Assembly (NCBI GenBank): GCA_902530595.1
Contig: CACAAX010000005.1
Coordinates: 6,755-70,754 of the forward strand
Direction of reading: 5' to 3'
Length of the DNA stretch: 64,000 nucleotides
Source: an uncultured Alphaproteobacteria bacterium
GTDB taxonomy: Bacteria > Pseudomonadota > Alphaproteobacteria > Rhodobacterales > Rhodobacteraceae
This document shows, piece by piece, positions 34,671 through 44,932 of this stretch (the first letter of the stretch is position 1; the number at the start of each line of letters is the position of its first letter). The translations under genes and the position numbers were made by a program. The notes under the pieces are model-generated. The model ran no database searches. It saw only the letters and a program-made list of their open reading frames with translations, and was not told the origin of the DNA.

Positions 34671-36152
34671 TTATGCAACCTGATTACTTTTGTTAACTTC
34701 TTCATCCTCTGGATTAAGCATTCTTAAAATCTCTTTCGCTACTTTCTTATCTCCGTTTTCAAGCGCTATTTTTTCGGCTTGATCACGAAGCGTTTTAGTG
34801 GCAGAGATTCTAGTTAGCGGTGAATGCCTGGCCACAATTTCCTCCAAAATATCTTTAGCTTCCTGATCCCACGGTAGCTCTTTTCTCAATTTGGTTAATG
34901 TCGCATCTGTTTTGTCCAAATCAGATCCAAGAGGCAATATGTGAAAAAGTGCATCAAATAATCCATTACAAATTTCTTGTAACAAATAAGTTGATCCCGA
35001 GTACCCCATCATTGGTGTGCCGACAGCACGTCTAATTGCCGCTCCTGGAAAACTCGCTGGAATGAATGATGCTTTTGGTCCAAAGCCTTGGCCTGCCTCT
35101 GCAAGATACATTTTTTCATTTATGGATCCCATCAACACTAAAGGTCTAGTTTGCTTTATGAGATTTCTAATTTTTTCATTATCAGTCTTTTTCCCAGCTA
35201 CTCTTGCTACCGCAAACTTACAGGGAAGACCTAATTCATTCTCCAAAAAGTTCCTTATACCTCTTGTATATGTTTCATTAGCGACAATCCCGAAACTAGC
35301 CGTTGCGAAAAAATCCTGCGTCACAGATCGCCAAAGATCCCATACTGGTTTAATAGTTGAATGCTTCTCTTTTTCGATGAAGCCTTCAACATCAATATTC
35401 AGGATCTCACCCAATTTCCTTAGAAATTTAGTTGTACTATCGATACCAATTGGGGCCTGCAAATAAGGCTTACCCAATAACTCAGCTAAACCTCTACCGA
35501 ACTCTCTATACATCACAATATTTGCATCAGCATTCACAAGCTTCGACATCTCTGCTATGTGAGCACCCATAGGCATAACCATGTTCACTTCTGCACCAAT
35601 ACCTTCTACAAGTCTTCGAATCTCTGCTAAATCGGAGGGCATATTGAAAGTGCCGTACATAGGACCCAAAATATTTACCCTGGGTTTAGAATTTTCATCC
35701 CTTTTTGCTTCTTTTGGCATTCTTCCCTTGGTCATTCCAAAGTTAGTGAAAAGCCATGTCATAGATCTATCTGCAGCCTGCCATTGGTCTTCATCAATAG
35801 TCCTTGGTAAGAACCTTTGTATATTAGTGCCTTGAGGTGTCACACCTCCTCCGATCATTTCTGCAATTGACCCTGTTACTACAACAGCTGGCAATACAGG
35901 ATCTAAGGTATCCCAGGCACGTTTCATAGCTCCTTCTGTTCCTTCCCTTCCTAACTCCTCCTCACCTAAACCAGTAACCACAATTGGTAACTCATGTGGA
36001 GGCAAAGCATCTGTGTAGTGAAGAACTGATGTCACTGGAAGGTTTTCACACCCTACTGGACCGTCTACAACAACTTGAAGGCCTTTTACGCCACAAAAAG
36101 CATAAACTGACCCCCAATATCCTCCCGCTCTATCGTGATCCTGAATTAACAC
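34671..36152 (-). CDS. bchZ: chlorophyllide a reductase subunit Z
   Basis: [19 protein letters not shown] is a canonical BchZ N-terminus. GTG start overlaps the bchY stop by 1 nt. Confidence 0.9.
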   Translation of the reverse strand: MLIQDHDRAGGYWGSVYAFCGVKGLQVVVDGPVGCENLPVTSVLHYTDALPPHELPIVVTGLGEEELGREGTEGAMKRAWDTLDPVLPAVVVTGSIAEMIGGGVTPQGTNIQRFLPRTIDEDQWQAADRSMTWLFTNFGMTKGRMPKEAKRDENSKPRVNILGPMYGTFNMPSDLAEIRRLVEGIGAEVNMVMPMGAHIAEMSKLVNADANIVMYREFGRGLAELLGKPYLQAPIGIDSTTKFLRKLGEILNIDVEGFIEKEKHSTIKPVWDLWRSVTQDFFATASFGIVANETYTRGIRNFLENELGLPCKFAVARVAGKKTDNEKIRNLIKQTRPLVLMGSINEKMYLAEAGQGFGPKASFIPASFPGAAIRRAVGTPMMGYSGSTYLLQEICNGLFDALFHILPLGSDLDKTDATLTKLRKELPWDQEAKDILEEIVARHSPLTRISATKTLRDQAEKIALENGDKKVAKEILRMLNPEDEEVNKSNQVA

Positions 36153-37729
36153 TAAATCATCTCCTCCGCCTTTGCTGCGATCTTTCTTTTCTCTATTTTT
36201 TTTGCTTGATGGGCTCGGAACTGGGGATTAAGGTTTGGCTTACCCTCCCAAACTCCTGCTGTATCACCTTCCCCGACACCCTCGAAGAAACTCTTCATTT
36301 TTTCCATTCTTGAACCATTGCTTATAGCCTGCAATATTACTTCTGCTAAGCTTCCAGCCCCAGCAACACCCATAATTGGCCGAGCTGAAATTAAATTTGT
36401 GTAATAAAGAGAGGGAATACCTAATTCTTTAGCTTTTTGCACCACCGGGGTCGTTCCAATAGCCAAATCAGGATTAACGCTCTTCACTGCTGAGATATCA
36501 TCCTCCAAACTCGCCCTAAATTTTACAAAAACGCCTTTACTCTCCAACCAATCTTTGTCTTCAGTAGACCATTTAGTCTTGGGACAGGCAGTTCCTACAT
36601 AAGGGACTTCAGCGCCGGCCTCTATGAGCGTTCTTGCTACTATAAGTTCCGAGCCCTCATAGCCCGATACCGTAATTTTGTTATTAATTTTTTTCTCATC
36701 AAGAGATTTTTGTATTTGCGGCAGAATCTTCTTTTTTGCGTCCCCAATGATCTTTTTGGCAATGTTAAAAGTATCACCTACACTATCAATCCAAGAATTA
36801 GTACCTTCAACACCCACTGGGGCGGATCCAATAATTGGCTTACCAGCGTCTTCAAACTCTCTTACAGCAGCGGCATAAAAGGGATGGATAGCTGCAACGG
36901 CGCCGCAATCAAGCGCTGTATACAATTCACGCCACTCTCTACAAGGTATAACTTGTCCTGCGGCCAACCCAAGTGGCTCCAAAATTGCTCCAATATTCAT
37001 AGGATCTGCTGGAAACATTTCTCCCAACAAGGTGACGGTCGGTCTATCTGATTTCTTTGAAGAAGGGGCAGATACTGGGCCAGACTCAATTTCCTTTTTC
37101 GCATAATTCAGTAATGCACTAGCCAAGACGTCTTTTGCCTCCGCGTGTGTGGGAATTCCAAACCCAGGCACGTCAATACCAATTATCCTAACCCCGTTAA
37201 TTTCTTTTGGGAGAAGCCTCAAAGGGACGCCAGACGCGCTAGGAACACATAGATTTGTAAAGACAACAGCATCAAACCTATCGGGATCAGCCATTTCATG
37301 TGCAGACGCTAAAATATCTTCATATAGTTTTCCAGTTACCAGCGTCTCAGAGGAAAAAGGTACATAACCTACAGATCTTCGCGCTCCATAAAAATGTGAG
37401 ACAAAAGTTAACCCATAGACACAGCATGCAGAGCCTGACAGCACAGTTGCTACTCGCTTCATTCTCAAACCAACCCTTAGAGAGCCAAAAGCGGGGCACA
37501 TGCTTTGTGGCTTATCATGAGGACCCAAAGGATAATCTTTTCGCATATTTTGTATAAGCTCTTTGTTGGCGCCTTTTTCTGCACTACCTTGAAGAGATGA
37601 GGACCCACAAAGGCCATCAGATGTGGTGCCTACACCCCCATGATGCCTGTCTTCTAAATCAACATTGACCTCATCATTCAACTTGACGTGATCTGCTGCA
37701 TCATATTTTATTTCTCTCTTTGTGCTCAT
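36152..37729 (-). CDS. bchY: chlorophyllide a reductase subunit Y
   Basis: 525-aa NifD/K-like protein between bchX and bchZ, with conserved cysteines ([26 protein letters not shown]). Confidence 0.9.
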   Translation of the reverse strand: MSTKREIKYDAADHVKLNDEVNVDLEDRHHGGVGTTSDGLCGSSSLQGSAEKGANKELIQNMRKDYPLGPHDKPQSMCPAFGSLRVGLRMKRVATVLSGSACCVYGLTFVSHFYGARRSVGYVPFSSETLVTGKLYEDILASAHEMADPDRFDAVVFTNLCVPSASGVPLRLLPKEINGVRIIGIDVPGFGIPTHAEAKDVLASALLNYAKKEIESGPVSAPSSKKSDRPTVTLLGEMFPADPMNIGAILEPLGLAAGQVIPCREWRELYTALDCGAVAAIHPFYAAAVREFEDAGKPIIGSAPVGVEGTNSWIDSVGDTFNIAKKIIGDAKKKILPQIQKSLDEKKINNKITVSGYEGSELIVARTLIEAGAEVPYVGTACPKTKWSTEDKDWLESKGVFVKFRASLEDDISAVKSVNPDLAIGTTPVVQKAKELGIPSLYYTNLISARPIMGVAGAGSLAEVILQAISNGSRMEKMKSFFEGVGEGDTAGVWEGKPNLNPQFRAHQAKKIEKRKIAAKAEEMI

Positions 37730-37747
37730 TCTTATTAATTTTTCTCT

Positions 37748-38770
37748 TTACACTTCGTCATATACTACTTCTAACGACTCTTTGGGTTTCGCAAATTTTC
37801 CTCTCATGTCAGCATCAGTAGCTGGTTGCAACACAAAGTCAGCTCCTGTCTCACTGGCGGCAAACAAATTTAGAAGGCCATCTTGGTCAAGCGGCTTTGG
37901 TCTAAGTGGTGGAGCCTCAGCTGTATTTGTTCCTAGTTCAGCAAACAAGTCTCCCCACTGCGACTCTTTTGTTCCAACAATGTGATAATTTGCGGACTTC
38001 TTTCTCAGATCATCATCTTGAGGTATACTTGCAAGAATAGGTATTTTTACCGTCTCAGCAAAAGCTGCCGCTTCACCCGACCCATCGTCTTTGTTAATTA
38101 CTAAGCCTGCCACACCGACGTTTCCACCTAGTTTTCTGAAATACTCCACTGCTGAACAAACATTATTTGCTACATATAGAGATTGAAGATCGTTTGAGGC
38201 TACCAATATAACCTTTTGAGCCATATCCCTTGCTATTGGCAATCCGAATCCGCCGCAAACTACATCACCCAAAAAATCCAATAATACGTAATCAAAATCC
38301 CAATCGTGAAACCCTAACTTTTCCAGTAGCTCAAAGCCATGGATTATCCCACGTCCTCCACATCCTCTTCCCACTTCTGGCCCACCGAGTTCCATCGCAA
38401 ATACGCCATTTCTTTTAAAACACACATCTCCAATGGTGACTTCTTCGCCAGCAAGTTTCTTATTAGTCGATGTTTCAAGTATAGTTGGGCAAGCCTTTCC
38501 CCCGAATAACAGAGAAGTTGTATCAGATTTTGGGTCACATCCTATCAGTAGAACTCTTTTGCCTTGCTCTGCCATCATATGACTAAGATTTGCAAGAGTG
38601 AAACTTTTACCGATGCCTCCTTTACCGTAGATCGCTATTATCTGGGTTTTTTTTGTTGGCTCACCAACTGGAACTTCGTCGATAGGTTGATTTGCTTCTT
38701 CTCGAAGGTCCTTGTGGTGTTTTTCTAAGTCTTTCTTATCTAAAGTATGAGTCGGGTTATCTAAGCTCAT
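37748..38770 (-). CDS. bchX: chlorophyllide a reductase iron protein subunit X
   Basis: NifH-like, with P-loop [10 protein letters not shown] and cluster cysteines ([15 protein letters not shown]). The ATG at 38770 forms an ATGA overlap with the bchC stop. Confidence 0.9.
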   Translation of the reverse strand: MSLDNPTHTLDKKDLEKHHKDLREEANQPIDEVPVGEPTKKTQIIAIYGKGGIGKSFTLANLSHMMAEQGKRVLLIGCDPKSDTTSLLFGGKACPTILETSTNKKLAGEEVTIGDVCFKRNGVFAMELGGPEVGRGCGGRGIIHGFELLEKLGFHDWDFDYVLLDFLGDVVCGGFGLPIARDMAQKVILVASNDLQSLYVANNVCSAVEYFRKLGGNVGVAGLVINKDDGSGEAAAFAETVKIPILASIPQDDDLRKKSANYHIVGTKESQWGDLFAELGTNTAEAPPLRPKPLDQDGLLNLFAASETGADFVLQPATDADMRGKFAKPKESLEVVYDEV

Positions 38771-39708
38771 GCTACATCCCTCCAATCAATAACCATTTTC
38801 AAGCATTCTGAATCTTCAAAAGATTGTCGATAAGCGGCTTTCGAGAAATTTACATTACTCTCATGCGATATTAAACCTTCTAAAGATAGAGCACCGGTTT
38901 CTAATAGTGATCGTGTAATATTTATGTCTTCAGTATTAAATTCTGCCGAAATCCTGAACCTGGCCTCTTTTATAAAAGCAGGCGGAAAGGAAAAAGAAAT
39001 AGGAGATGAATAAAATCCAGCAAAAACTATTTCGCCATTTTTTTTCAATTTTGGAATTATCTTATCCAAAACGCTAATATCCCCACTAGCTTCATAAATC
39101 GATTCGTGATCGGAAGAATTATCATTTTCCGGATTGATAACGTCGTAATCTGTTTCATTACCCACTCTAAGAGGATTACTTTCCCATACAATCGGGGCTT
39201 CACCACCAGCTGCTATTGTTAATCGAGCTAGCAACCTTCCTAAAACACCATGACCAATAATAAGTGAGGGAAGTTTGTTCCCAAGCCCTGCGATTGCGTG
39301 CCTAGCAGTTGCTGCCAGTGCAAATAGTGTCCCTTGAGCTTTCAAATCATGGTCTATTTTTATGAGCTTTTCATCGGAAGCGATTAGAAGGCTAGAAGAT
39401 GCACCGAAAAGACCCTTTTCGTTTTTATAGCAATTTGCCCCTGGGACAAATACATGATCGCCAACCTTAAGTTTCCTGGATGCTCTGTTGTCGACTACCA
39501 CCCCAACCGTTTCATAACCTGGGACTAGAGGATAACCCATTCCAGGAAAAAATGGCATCTCACCATTCCAAAACAAGCGTTCAGTACCTGTAGAAACCCC
39601 AGAGAACTGAGTTTCAATAATGACCTCGCCTGTATTTGGTTCCCTAAGGGCAACTTTACGCAGGTCCAATTTACCAGGGTTATCAATGACTATTGCTAAT
39701 GTTTCCAT
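38767..39708 (-). CDS. bchC: 2-desacetyl-2-hydroxyethyl bacteriochlorophyllide a dehydrogenase
   Basis: Zn-ADH/MDR-family fold (GYPLVPGYETVG; GHGVLGRLLA). Heads bchCXYZ. I preferred the ATG at 39708 (METLAIVIDNPGKL) over the TTG at 39723. Confidence 0.85.
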   Translation of the reverse strand: METLAIVIDNPGKLDLRKVALREPNTGEVIIETQFSGVSTGTERLFWNGEMPFFPGMGYPLVPGYETVGVVVDNRASRKLKVGDHVFVPGANCYKNEKGLFGASSSLLIASDEKLIKIDHDLKAQGTLFALAATARHAIAGLGNKLPSLIIGHGVLGRLLARLTIAAGGEAPIVWESNPLRVGNETDYDVINPENDNSSDHESIYEASGDISVLDKIIPKLKKNGEIVFAGFYSSPISFSFPPAFIKEARFRISAEFNTEDINITRSLLETGALSLEGLISHESNVNFSKAAYRQSFEDSECLKMVIDWRDVA

Positions 39709-39886
39709 ACTAAATAATGACAATTATTGTGATTTTCATGAATTAACGAGACAGAAACTAAGTGGAAACCTATGGCCCCCCTTGTTAAACCGATTTTATT
39801 GTCAAGCTTTCTTACATACCCAATCAAAGAGCTGTTCCCCTTTATTTACGTAAATACTCGACAATTAAAGCTAACTCAAAAATAAA

Positions 39887-39927
39887 TGTCAATAAATTTA
39901 GACAAAAACTGTAATAAATTTCTGACA
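39887..39927. promoter_or_regulatory. two TGT-N12-ACA palindromes between crtF stop and bchC start
   Basis: TGTCAATAAATTTAGACA (39887-39904) and TGTAATAAATTTCTGACA (39910-39927), separated by 5 bp. Confidence 0.7.
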
Positions 39928-39950
39928 TATGGCTTTTATGCAAAAAAAAA

Positions 39951-41081
39951 CTACTTTTTTGCACTCATAACTTGGGTAATGAACGGCGCACTTACAGTAT
40001 GCTTAACAATATTTGAAAAGCCTGTCCTGAGAAGAATCGCCTTATGCTCCTCAAAAGAGCGCACTTTTCCGGTTGTCATTGCCATAGTATAAAATGAAAA
40101 ATAGCAATCACTAGAACGCATCGGCTTGCTTCCACCAGACATTGGCTCTGTTATTAACAAAGAACCACCTTTCGGAAGAGCTTCGTAGATCCGTTTTAGC
40201 AACAACTCTACAGTGCTGTCTTCATGATCATACAAAACCCTTACTAAGCTCATAACATCTTGATTCGAAGGAATATCATCTTTTAAAAAATCACCAGGAC
40301 AAAAATTCAAGAGCCCTACTATATTATCAATTTTTTGGTGATTGCTCTTTGCAATTTTTATTACATTAGGCAAGTCAAAAACAGTAGCTTCGATACTAGG
40401 ATACTTGCTCTTAACGGCTAATAAAAATGCGCCAGTGCCACCGCCAATGTCTAGAATTCTTTTGACACCTTTGAAGCTATATGCCTGCAAGGTTTGCTCC
40501 GCAACCAACTTTTGGGAAGTTTGCATGAGCTTACTGTATTCGGAAGACACCTTATTGGAAATATTCTTTTTTTTTGCTTCTTTTCTAACATAGGGCCAAA
40601 ATTGACCCAGCTCTGTTTCATTTTTCCCATACAATAACTTCACTGGATCTAAAAGATCTCGATATAAAATTTGATTATGTTGGATTATATCCATTAGACC
40701 AGGAACTCCAACTATTTGCGCCCCTACCCTGGTTAACCAATATTTATTTCTTTTGTGGCAAATCAAGTTTAAAGCACATCCACCACGCAGTAACAACAAA
40801 GACCTTTCATTCGCAATCTCCAGAAATTGGCTAACTTCATCCAGAGATCGCCCTTCTTTTTTAAGAAATTGAAAGATACCCAAATTGATCAATAAATGGA
40901 GTATTTGTGAATAGACAAAGCCTGACATAACCTCATGAATCTTATTGCCCTCATAACTGATGAGGGCCCTAAGAATTGGAACTTTAGCGATAGCTTCATG
41001 CACTTTGGTTGATGAAAAGACATTAACCTTCAATCGGTAATAGCTTATATAAAGCGAATTAATTTTTTCTTTCAAAATCAT
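39951..41081 (-). CDS. crtF: demethylspheroidene / hydroxyneurosporene O-methyltransferase
   Basis: Class I SAM-dependent O-methyltransferase motif ILDIGGGTGAFLLAV. 376 aa. Downstream of crtE in the crtEF arrangement. Confidence 0.8.
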   Translation of the reverse strand: MILKEKINSLYISYYRLKVNVFSSTKVHEAIAKVPILRALISYEGNKIHEVMSGFVYSQILHLLINLGIFQFLKKEGRSLDEVSQFLEIANERSLLLLRGGCALNLICHKRNKYWLTRVGAQIVGVPGLMDIIQHNQILYRDLLDPVKLLYGKNETELGQFWPYVRKEAKKKNISNKVSSEYSKLMQTSQKLVAEQTLQAYSFKGVKRILDIGGGTGAFLLAVKSKYPSIEATVFDLPNVIKIAKSNHQKIDNIVGLLNFCPGDFLKDDIPSNQDVMSLVRVLYDHEDSTVELLLKRIYEALPKGGSLLITEPMSGGSKPMRSSDCYFSFYTMAMTTGKVRSFEEHKAILLRTGFSNIVKHTVSAPFITQVMSAKK

Positions 41082-41124
41082 CCGATCGGAGCAGTCTTTA
41101 ACACCTGTTAAACATATAAGTGGC

Positions 41125-41985
41125 TTACAAAGTCTTTTGAAGAGGCGCTACTGGGGTTAGACGTTCTGCCTGACTTCTGACGATTTTAATCAATTCAACT
41201 TCACCAGGGCACGAGGGAATAGAAGCTATAGCTCCCGCCAAAATATCCTGAAGCCTTTTAATCGCACCTTGCTCTCCTAGCTTTAAAACAGCGTTCGGGC
41301 GCTCATTTTCCCTATCTCTGTTATTCGATTTACCACTTTTTTGAGAGTCGGAAAAGTCCTTTAAATCATCAGCAACTTGAAATGCCTCACCTATTCTCTG
41401 CCCAAGTTCTGCCCATGGTTCTGGATCCTCTCCAGCGGAAATTGCCCCCATTTTAGTAGCCGCTACGAACAATGAAGCCGTTTTGAGTTTATGATATGAA
41501 CTAAGATCAACTGTTTTTTCACTTTCCCAACCTTGACCTGAACAGATACCGTAAGGCATACCCGTTGACGTTGTTAAAACATTTATTAACTTACCAAGCC
41601 TTTCGGGAGCGCTCAAACCGTTAGCAGTTAGCACCTGAATTGCTAAGATAATTAAAGAGTCGCCGCATAAAACAGCTAAAGGCTCATCAAAGGCCTTATG
41701 AACAGTAGGCTTACCCCGCCTAACCTCCGCATTATCAAATGCTGGCAAATCATCATGCACTAAACTGGCGCAATGCATCATCTCGACTGAAACCGCAGAA
41801 GCCATTGAAAGATCAAAATTATCTAACCCACACGCATTGGAAACAGCGAGGCTAAGCTGAGGCCTTACTCTAGCACCGCCTGGAAAGATTGCATAATCCA
41901 TCGCCGCAGCCAATTTTGGAGGCGCAGGCGATCTGCTCGCCTTCTTAATTGCTTTTTTCAGTGCCTCTTCTAACTTTTCTTTCAT
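41125..41985 (-). CDS. crtE: geranylgeranyl diphosphate synthase
   Basis: Polyprenyl synthase Asp-rich motifs LVHDDLPAFDN and FQVADDLKD. 286 aa. Confidence 0.87.
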   Translation of the reverse strand: MKEKLEEALKKAIKKASRSPAPPKLAAAMDYAIFPGGARVRPQLSLAVSNACGLDNFDLSMASAVSVEMMHCASLVHDDLPAFDNAEVRRGKPTVHKAFDEPLAVLCGDSLIILAIQVLTANGLSAPERLGKLINVLTTSTGMPYGICSGQGWESEKTVDLSSYHKLKTASLFVAATKMGAISAGEDPEPWAELGQRIGEAFQVADDLKDFSDSQKSGKSNNRDRENERPNAVLKLGEQGAIKRLQDILAGAIASIPSCPGEVELIKIVRSQAERLTPVAPLQKTL

Positions 41986-41994
41986 ATCTGTTCC

Positions 41995-42044
41995 TGTGGT
42001 AAAAATTAGACATCATAGGAAATTTATGTAAATAATTTTGGACA
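41995..42044. promoter_or_regulatory. two TGT-N12-ACA palindromes in the crtE-crtD divergent intergenic region
   Basis: TGTGGTAAAAATTAGACA (41995-42012) and TGTAAATAATTTTGGACA (42027-42044). Confidence 0.7.
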
Positions 42045-42075
42045 CTTTTTAAAATAAGTCAATAAAATACCTTTT

Positions 42076-43563
42076 ATGAAAAAAGAAAACGAACATATAA
42101 TCATTGTAGGCGCAGGAATTGGTGGGCTCGTTTCTGCCCTTTTGCTTTCCCAAAAGGGATTAAACGTAACTGTTGTTGATAGAAATGGATACCCTGGAGG
42201 AAAGTTAAGAGCCTTTTCAAGTCAAGAGGGTCCTATTGATGCAGGGCCTACAGTTTTGACATTAATTGACGTTTTTCAGGAAATATTCACTCAAGCAAAT
42301 CTAAATATTTTTAAGGAATTAGATTTGTATAAAGAAGAGGTATTAGCCAGACATTACTGGCCCGATGGAAAATGTTTAGATCTTTTCTCAACCCATGAAA
42401 AAAATCTTTTTTCAATAGAGCAAGTATTTGGGAAAAAATCAGCAGCTGAATTTGACAAATTTCATGGAGATTGTGAGACCCTTTTTTTTGCTTTTAACAA
42501 CACGTTGTTAAGAAATGACTACCCCGGGAGCTTTTTCATAAAAAAAGATTTTTTAAAAAGTATTCCTCGATTAATTAACATTTTGGGCTTCCCAACCGAC
42601 TACTGGAGCAAGCTAGAAAGATATTTCAGCGAACCTAAGCTCAGACAACTTTTTGGAAGATATGCGACATATGTTGGGGGTTCGCCTTTCAATTCTCCAT
42701 CCCTGCTACAACTCATATGGTATGTTGAGTTTCTGGGAGTATGGCGCGTAAAAGGAGGTCTTCATACTCTTGCAAATAAATTGAAACAATTATCTACAGC
42801 AAATGGTGTTAAGTTCATTTTCAATAAGTCTGTTACTAAAATTAATATTAAAGATAACAAGGTGTGTAGCGTAGATCTCAATGATGGACAAAGGTACCAA
42901 TCCAAAACTGTATTGTTTAACGGAGATCCACGAAACTTTAGAGAAGGTAACTTGGGTAGTAACTTAAAAAATATAATGAAAAAAACAGCCACTGAACCAC
43001 GATCTTTATCTGCCTATGTTTGGTCATTTGCTTCTGAAACTACGGGGGTGGAACTAGCCCACCACAATGTCTTTTTTAATGAGAACTATAAGAATGAATT
43101 TGATAGTATATCAGCCGGACAAATAGCTAAAGACCCCACTTTATATATATGCAAGCAAGAAAAGGGCTTAAAAAGTAGCTCAAAAAATCGCTTTGAGATA
43201 ATCATCAACGCGCCCTCACTCACTCAAAACAAAATTACTGCTACCAAGGAGTATGATTTATGCAAAGAAAGAACATTTCAAAAACTCAGCAAAATGGGAA
43301 TATACTTCAAAAACAAACCGAATTCACACAATCTGGCAACGCCGAGAGCATTCGAAAGACTAGCACCGGGCGCGGACGGATCAATCTACGGGCTGAGCCC
43401 CGAGAGACTACTTTCAACCTTCCAAAGACCCTCCACAAAAACAAAAATAAGGGGCCTTTATCTGGCAGGAGGGGGAACTCATCCAGGACCGGGTTTGCCC
43501 ATGGCAGCTCTATCAGGCAAGCATGCGGCAGAAATGATAAAACGGGACCTTGTTTTGATCTGA
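42076..43563 (+). CDS. crtD: methoxyneurosporene / hydroxyneurosporene dehydrogenase (CrtI-family desaturase)
   Basis: FAD motif IIIVGAGIGGLVSA and the C-terminal CrtI-family motif LYLAGGGTHPGPGLPMAALSG. Divergent from crtE and followed by crtC. Confidence 0.82.
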   Translation: MKKENEHIIIVGAGIGGLVSALLLSQKGLNVTVVDRNGYPGGKLRAFSSQEGPIDAGPTVLTLIDVFQEIFTQANLNIFKELDLYKEEVLARHYWPDGKCLDLFSTHEKNLFSIEQVFGKKSAAEFDKFHGDCETLFFAFNNTLLRNDYPGSFFIKKDFLKSIPRLINILGFPTDYWSKLERYFSEPKLRQLFGRYATYVGGSPFNSPSLLQLIWYVEFLGVWRVKGGLHTLANKLKQLSTANGVKFIFNKSVTKINIKDNKVCSVDLNDGQRYQSKTVLFNGDPRNFREGNLGSNLKNIMKKTATEPRSLSAYVWSFASETTGVELAHHNVFFNENYKNEFDSISAGQIAKDPTLYICKQEKGLKSSSKNRFEIIINAPSLTQNKITATKEYDLCKERTFQKLSKMGIYFKNKPNSHNLATPRAFERLAPGADGSIYGLSPERLLSTFQRPSTKTKIRGLYLAGGGTHPGPGLPMAALSGKHAAEMIKRDLVLI

Positions 43564-43595
43564 ATATCCCACCCAACGGGTACGGATGGTGGTAC

Positions 43596-44459
43596 ATGGA
43601 TGGCCTTTCAGATGACGGCACAAAAGCAGTTTCAATTATTGCCTTCATAGGTTCGGTCTTCTCTCCATGGTATAGTTGGTCTGGTAGAAAAAACCCTCAT
43701 GACTTTTGTTCAATAAATATTGTGACATATGGTAAAGGGGGAAGATGGACAATGACTGAGCGAAGGGAACGCCATGTTAAAATTACCAAAAATTCTTTTA
43801 AGGTAGGGCCCAGCAAATTAGAGTGGGATGGCAAGAAGCTTGTTCTAGAGTTTAGCGAAATAACAATTCCACATTTCGATAAAATTGAAGGTTGCATCAC
43901 TGTTACACCAGAAAATGTAAATGATTTGGAAGTATTGTTGAAACCTGACGGGACACACATATGGAGACCATTCTCCCCAATTTCACGTATAGAGATTAAA
44001 ACAAATAAGAAAGGATGGAGTTGGCAAGGGAACGCTTACCTCGATGGCAATTTTGGAACAAGGGCACTCGAACAAGATTTCAATTATTGGACCTGGAGTC
44101 GTCTACCGTTTAAAGATAAATGCCTCACATTTTACGACGCTGATCTAGTTGACGGCAGCAGTACCAACATAGCACTGCGCTTCAATAAAAATGGCTCAGT
44201 TGAAGAGGTAGAAGCACCTCCTCTTAAACCTATATCAAAAACAAAATGGCTCATTAAACGGGTTGCCAGATCGGATAGGGAATTTTCACCCTATCAAAGC
44301 CGGGCATTGCTGGATGCACCATTTTATTCCAGAAGTGAGTTAGTTACCCAAATTGATAAAGAAAAAACTACCGGCGTTCATGAAACCTTGGATATGAAAA
44401 GGTTTACAAACCCACTGATAAAACCTTTGCTATGCGCAAAGATACCTCGAATTTTTTAG
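43596..44459 (+). CDS. crtC: hydroxyneurosporene synthase (acyclic carotenoid 1,2-hydratase); start uncertain
   Basis: CrtC-family sequence (..GYGWWYMDGLSDDGTKAVSIIAFIGSVFSPWYSWSG..). The only canonical in-frame starts are the ATG at 43260 (304-nt overlap with crtD) and the ATG at 43596. The frame is open through the conserved GYGWWY segment just upstream of 43596. Confidence 0.72.
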   Translation: MDGLSDDGTKAVSIIAFIGSVFSPWYSWSGRKNPHDFCSINIVTYGKGGRWTMTERRERHVKITKNSFKVGPSKLEWDGKKLVLEFSEITIPHFDKIEGCITVTPENVNDLEVLLKPDGTHIWRPFSPISRIEIKTNKKGWSWQGNAYLDGNFGTRALEQDFNYWTWSRLPFKDKCLTFYDADLVDGSSTNIALRFNKNGSVEEVEAPPLKPISKTKWLIKRVARSDREFSPYQSRALLDAPFYSRSELVTQIDKEKTTGVHETLDMKRFTNPLIKPLLCAKIPRIF

Positions 44460-44920
44460 GAATTCTCCTTATTCAATTGAATAATAGAAAAATTTAATGC
44501 CCCTGCGTAGGAACCCCAAACAATATAGGGAGCAAGTAGAAGACCTGCTATTAAATCAGTATAAAAAGCTAGGACAACCATGATAATAACCGAAACCCAA
44601 AGGCATAGTAGAATTATAAAACCTAACTTTATTCTGTGGAGCCCAAAGAATACAGGAGTCCATAAAGTATTGAATACAAGTTGAAGAGCCCAAAAAATCA
44701 AGAATAAGTCATTGTTAGAAGCTCCGTAAACTCTAACTAAAGAATATGACATGGCTATATATAAATATAACCATGCAATAGGAAAAACCCAATCTGGAGG
44801 TGTCCAACTAGGTTTGTTAAGGGATTTATACCAGTCTCCTGTTGGGAATAAAGAACCGGTAGACCCAGCTGCGAGACACGCCAAAAAACCTAGCAAAAAA
44901 ATGAATATCGACTCGGTCAT
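44456..44920 (-). CDS. tspO: tryptophan-rich sensory protein TspO (CrtK)
   Basis: 154 aa, five transmembrane helices, TspO/MBR signature WYKSLNKPSWTPPDWVFPIAWLYLY. Follows crtB. Its stop overlaps the crtC stop convergently (4 nt). Confidence 0.87.
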   Translation of the reverse strand: MTESIFIFLLGFLACLAAGSTGSLFPTGDWYKSLNKPSWTPPDWVFPIAWLYLYIAMSYSLVRVYGASNNDLFLIFWALQLVFNTLWTPVFFGLHRIKLGFIILLCLWVSVIIMVVLAFYTDLIAGLLLAPYIVWGSYAGALNFSIIQLNKENS

Positions 44921-44932
44921 AATTCCAATTCT

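Noticed and set aside
39710-39739. 9-codon upstream ORF (MKITIIVII, minus strand) ending 1 nt before the bchC ATG as a leader peptide
   Set aside because: No Shine-Dalgarno precedes it, and ORFs this short arise easily in AT-rich sequence. There is no supporting evidence.
39800-39816. TGTCAAGCTTTCTTACA upstream of bchC as a further PpsR site
   Set aside because: The spacer is 11 nt, not 12, so it does not fit the TGT-N12-ACA definition. It may be a degenerate site, but I did not count it.
39886-40092. 68-aa + strand ORF spanning the PpsR sites and the crtF 3' end
   Set aside because: It overlaps the crtF coding sequence antisense and starts inside the regulatory palindromes. It has no ribosome-binding site and no recognisable similarity.
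43260-43595. Using the ATG at 43260 (the track ORF) as the crtC start
   Set aside because: It would overlap crtD by 304 nt. The added segment is basic and low-complexity (RGRINLRAEPRETT...) and looks like out-of-frame translation of crtD, not a CrtC domain. I kept it only as an alternative in the crtC finding.
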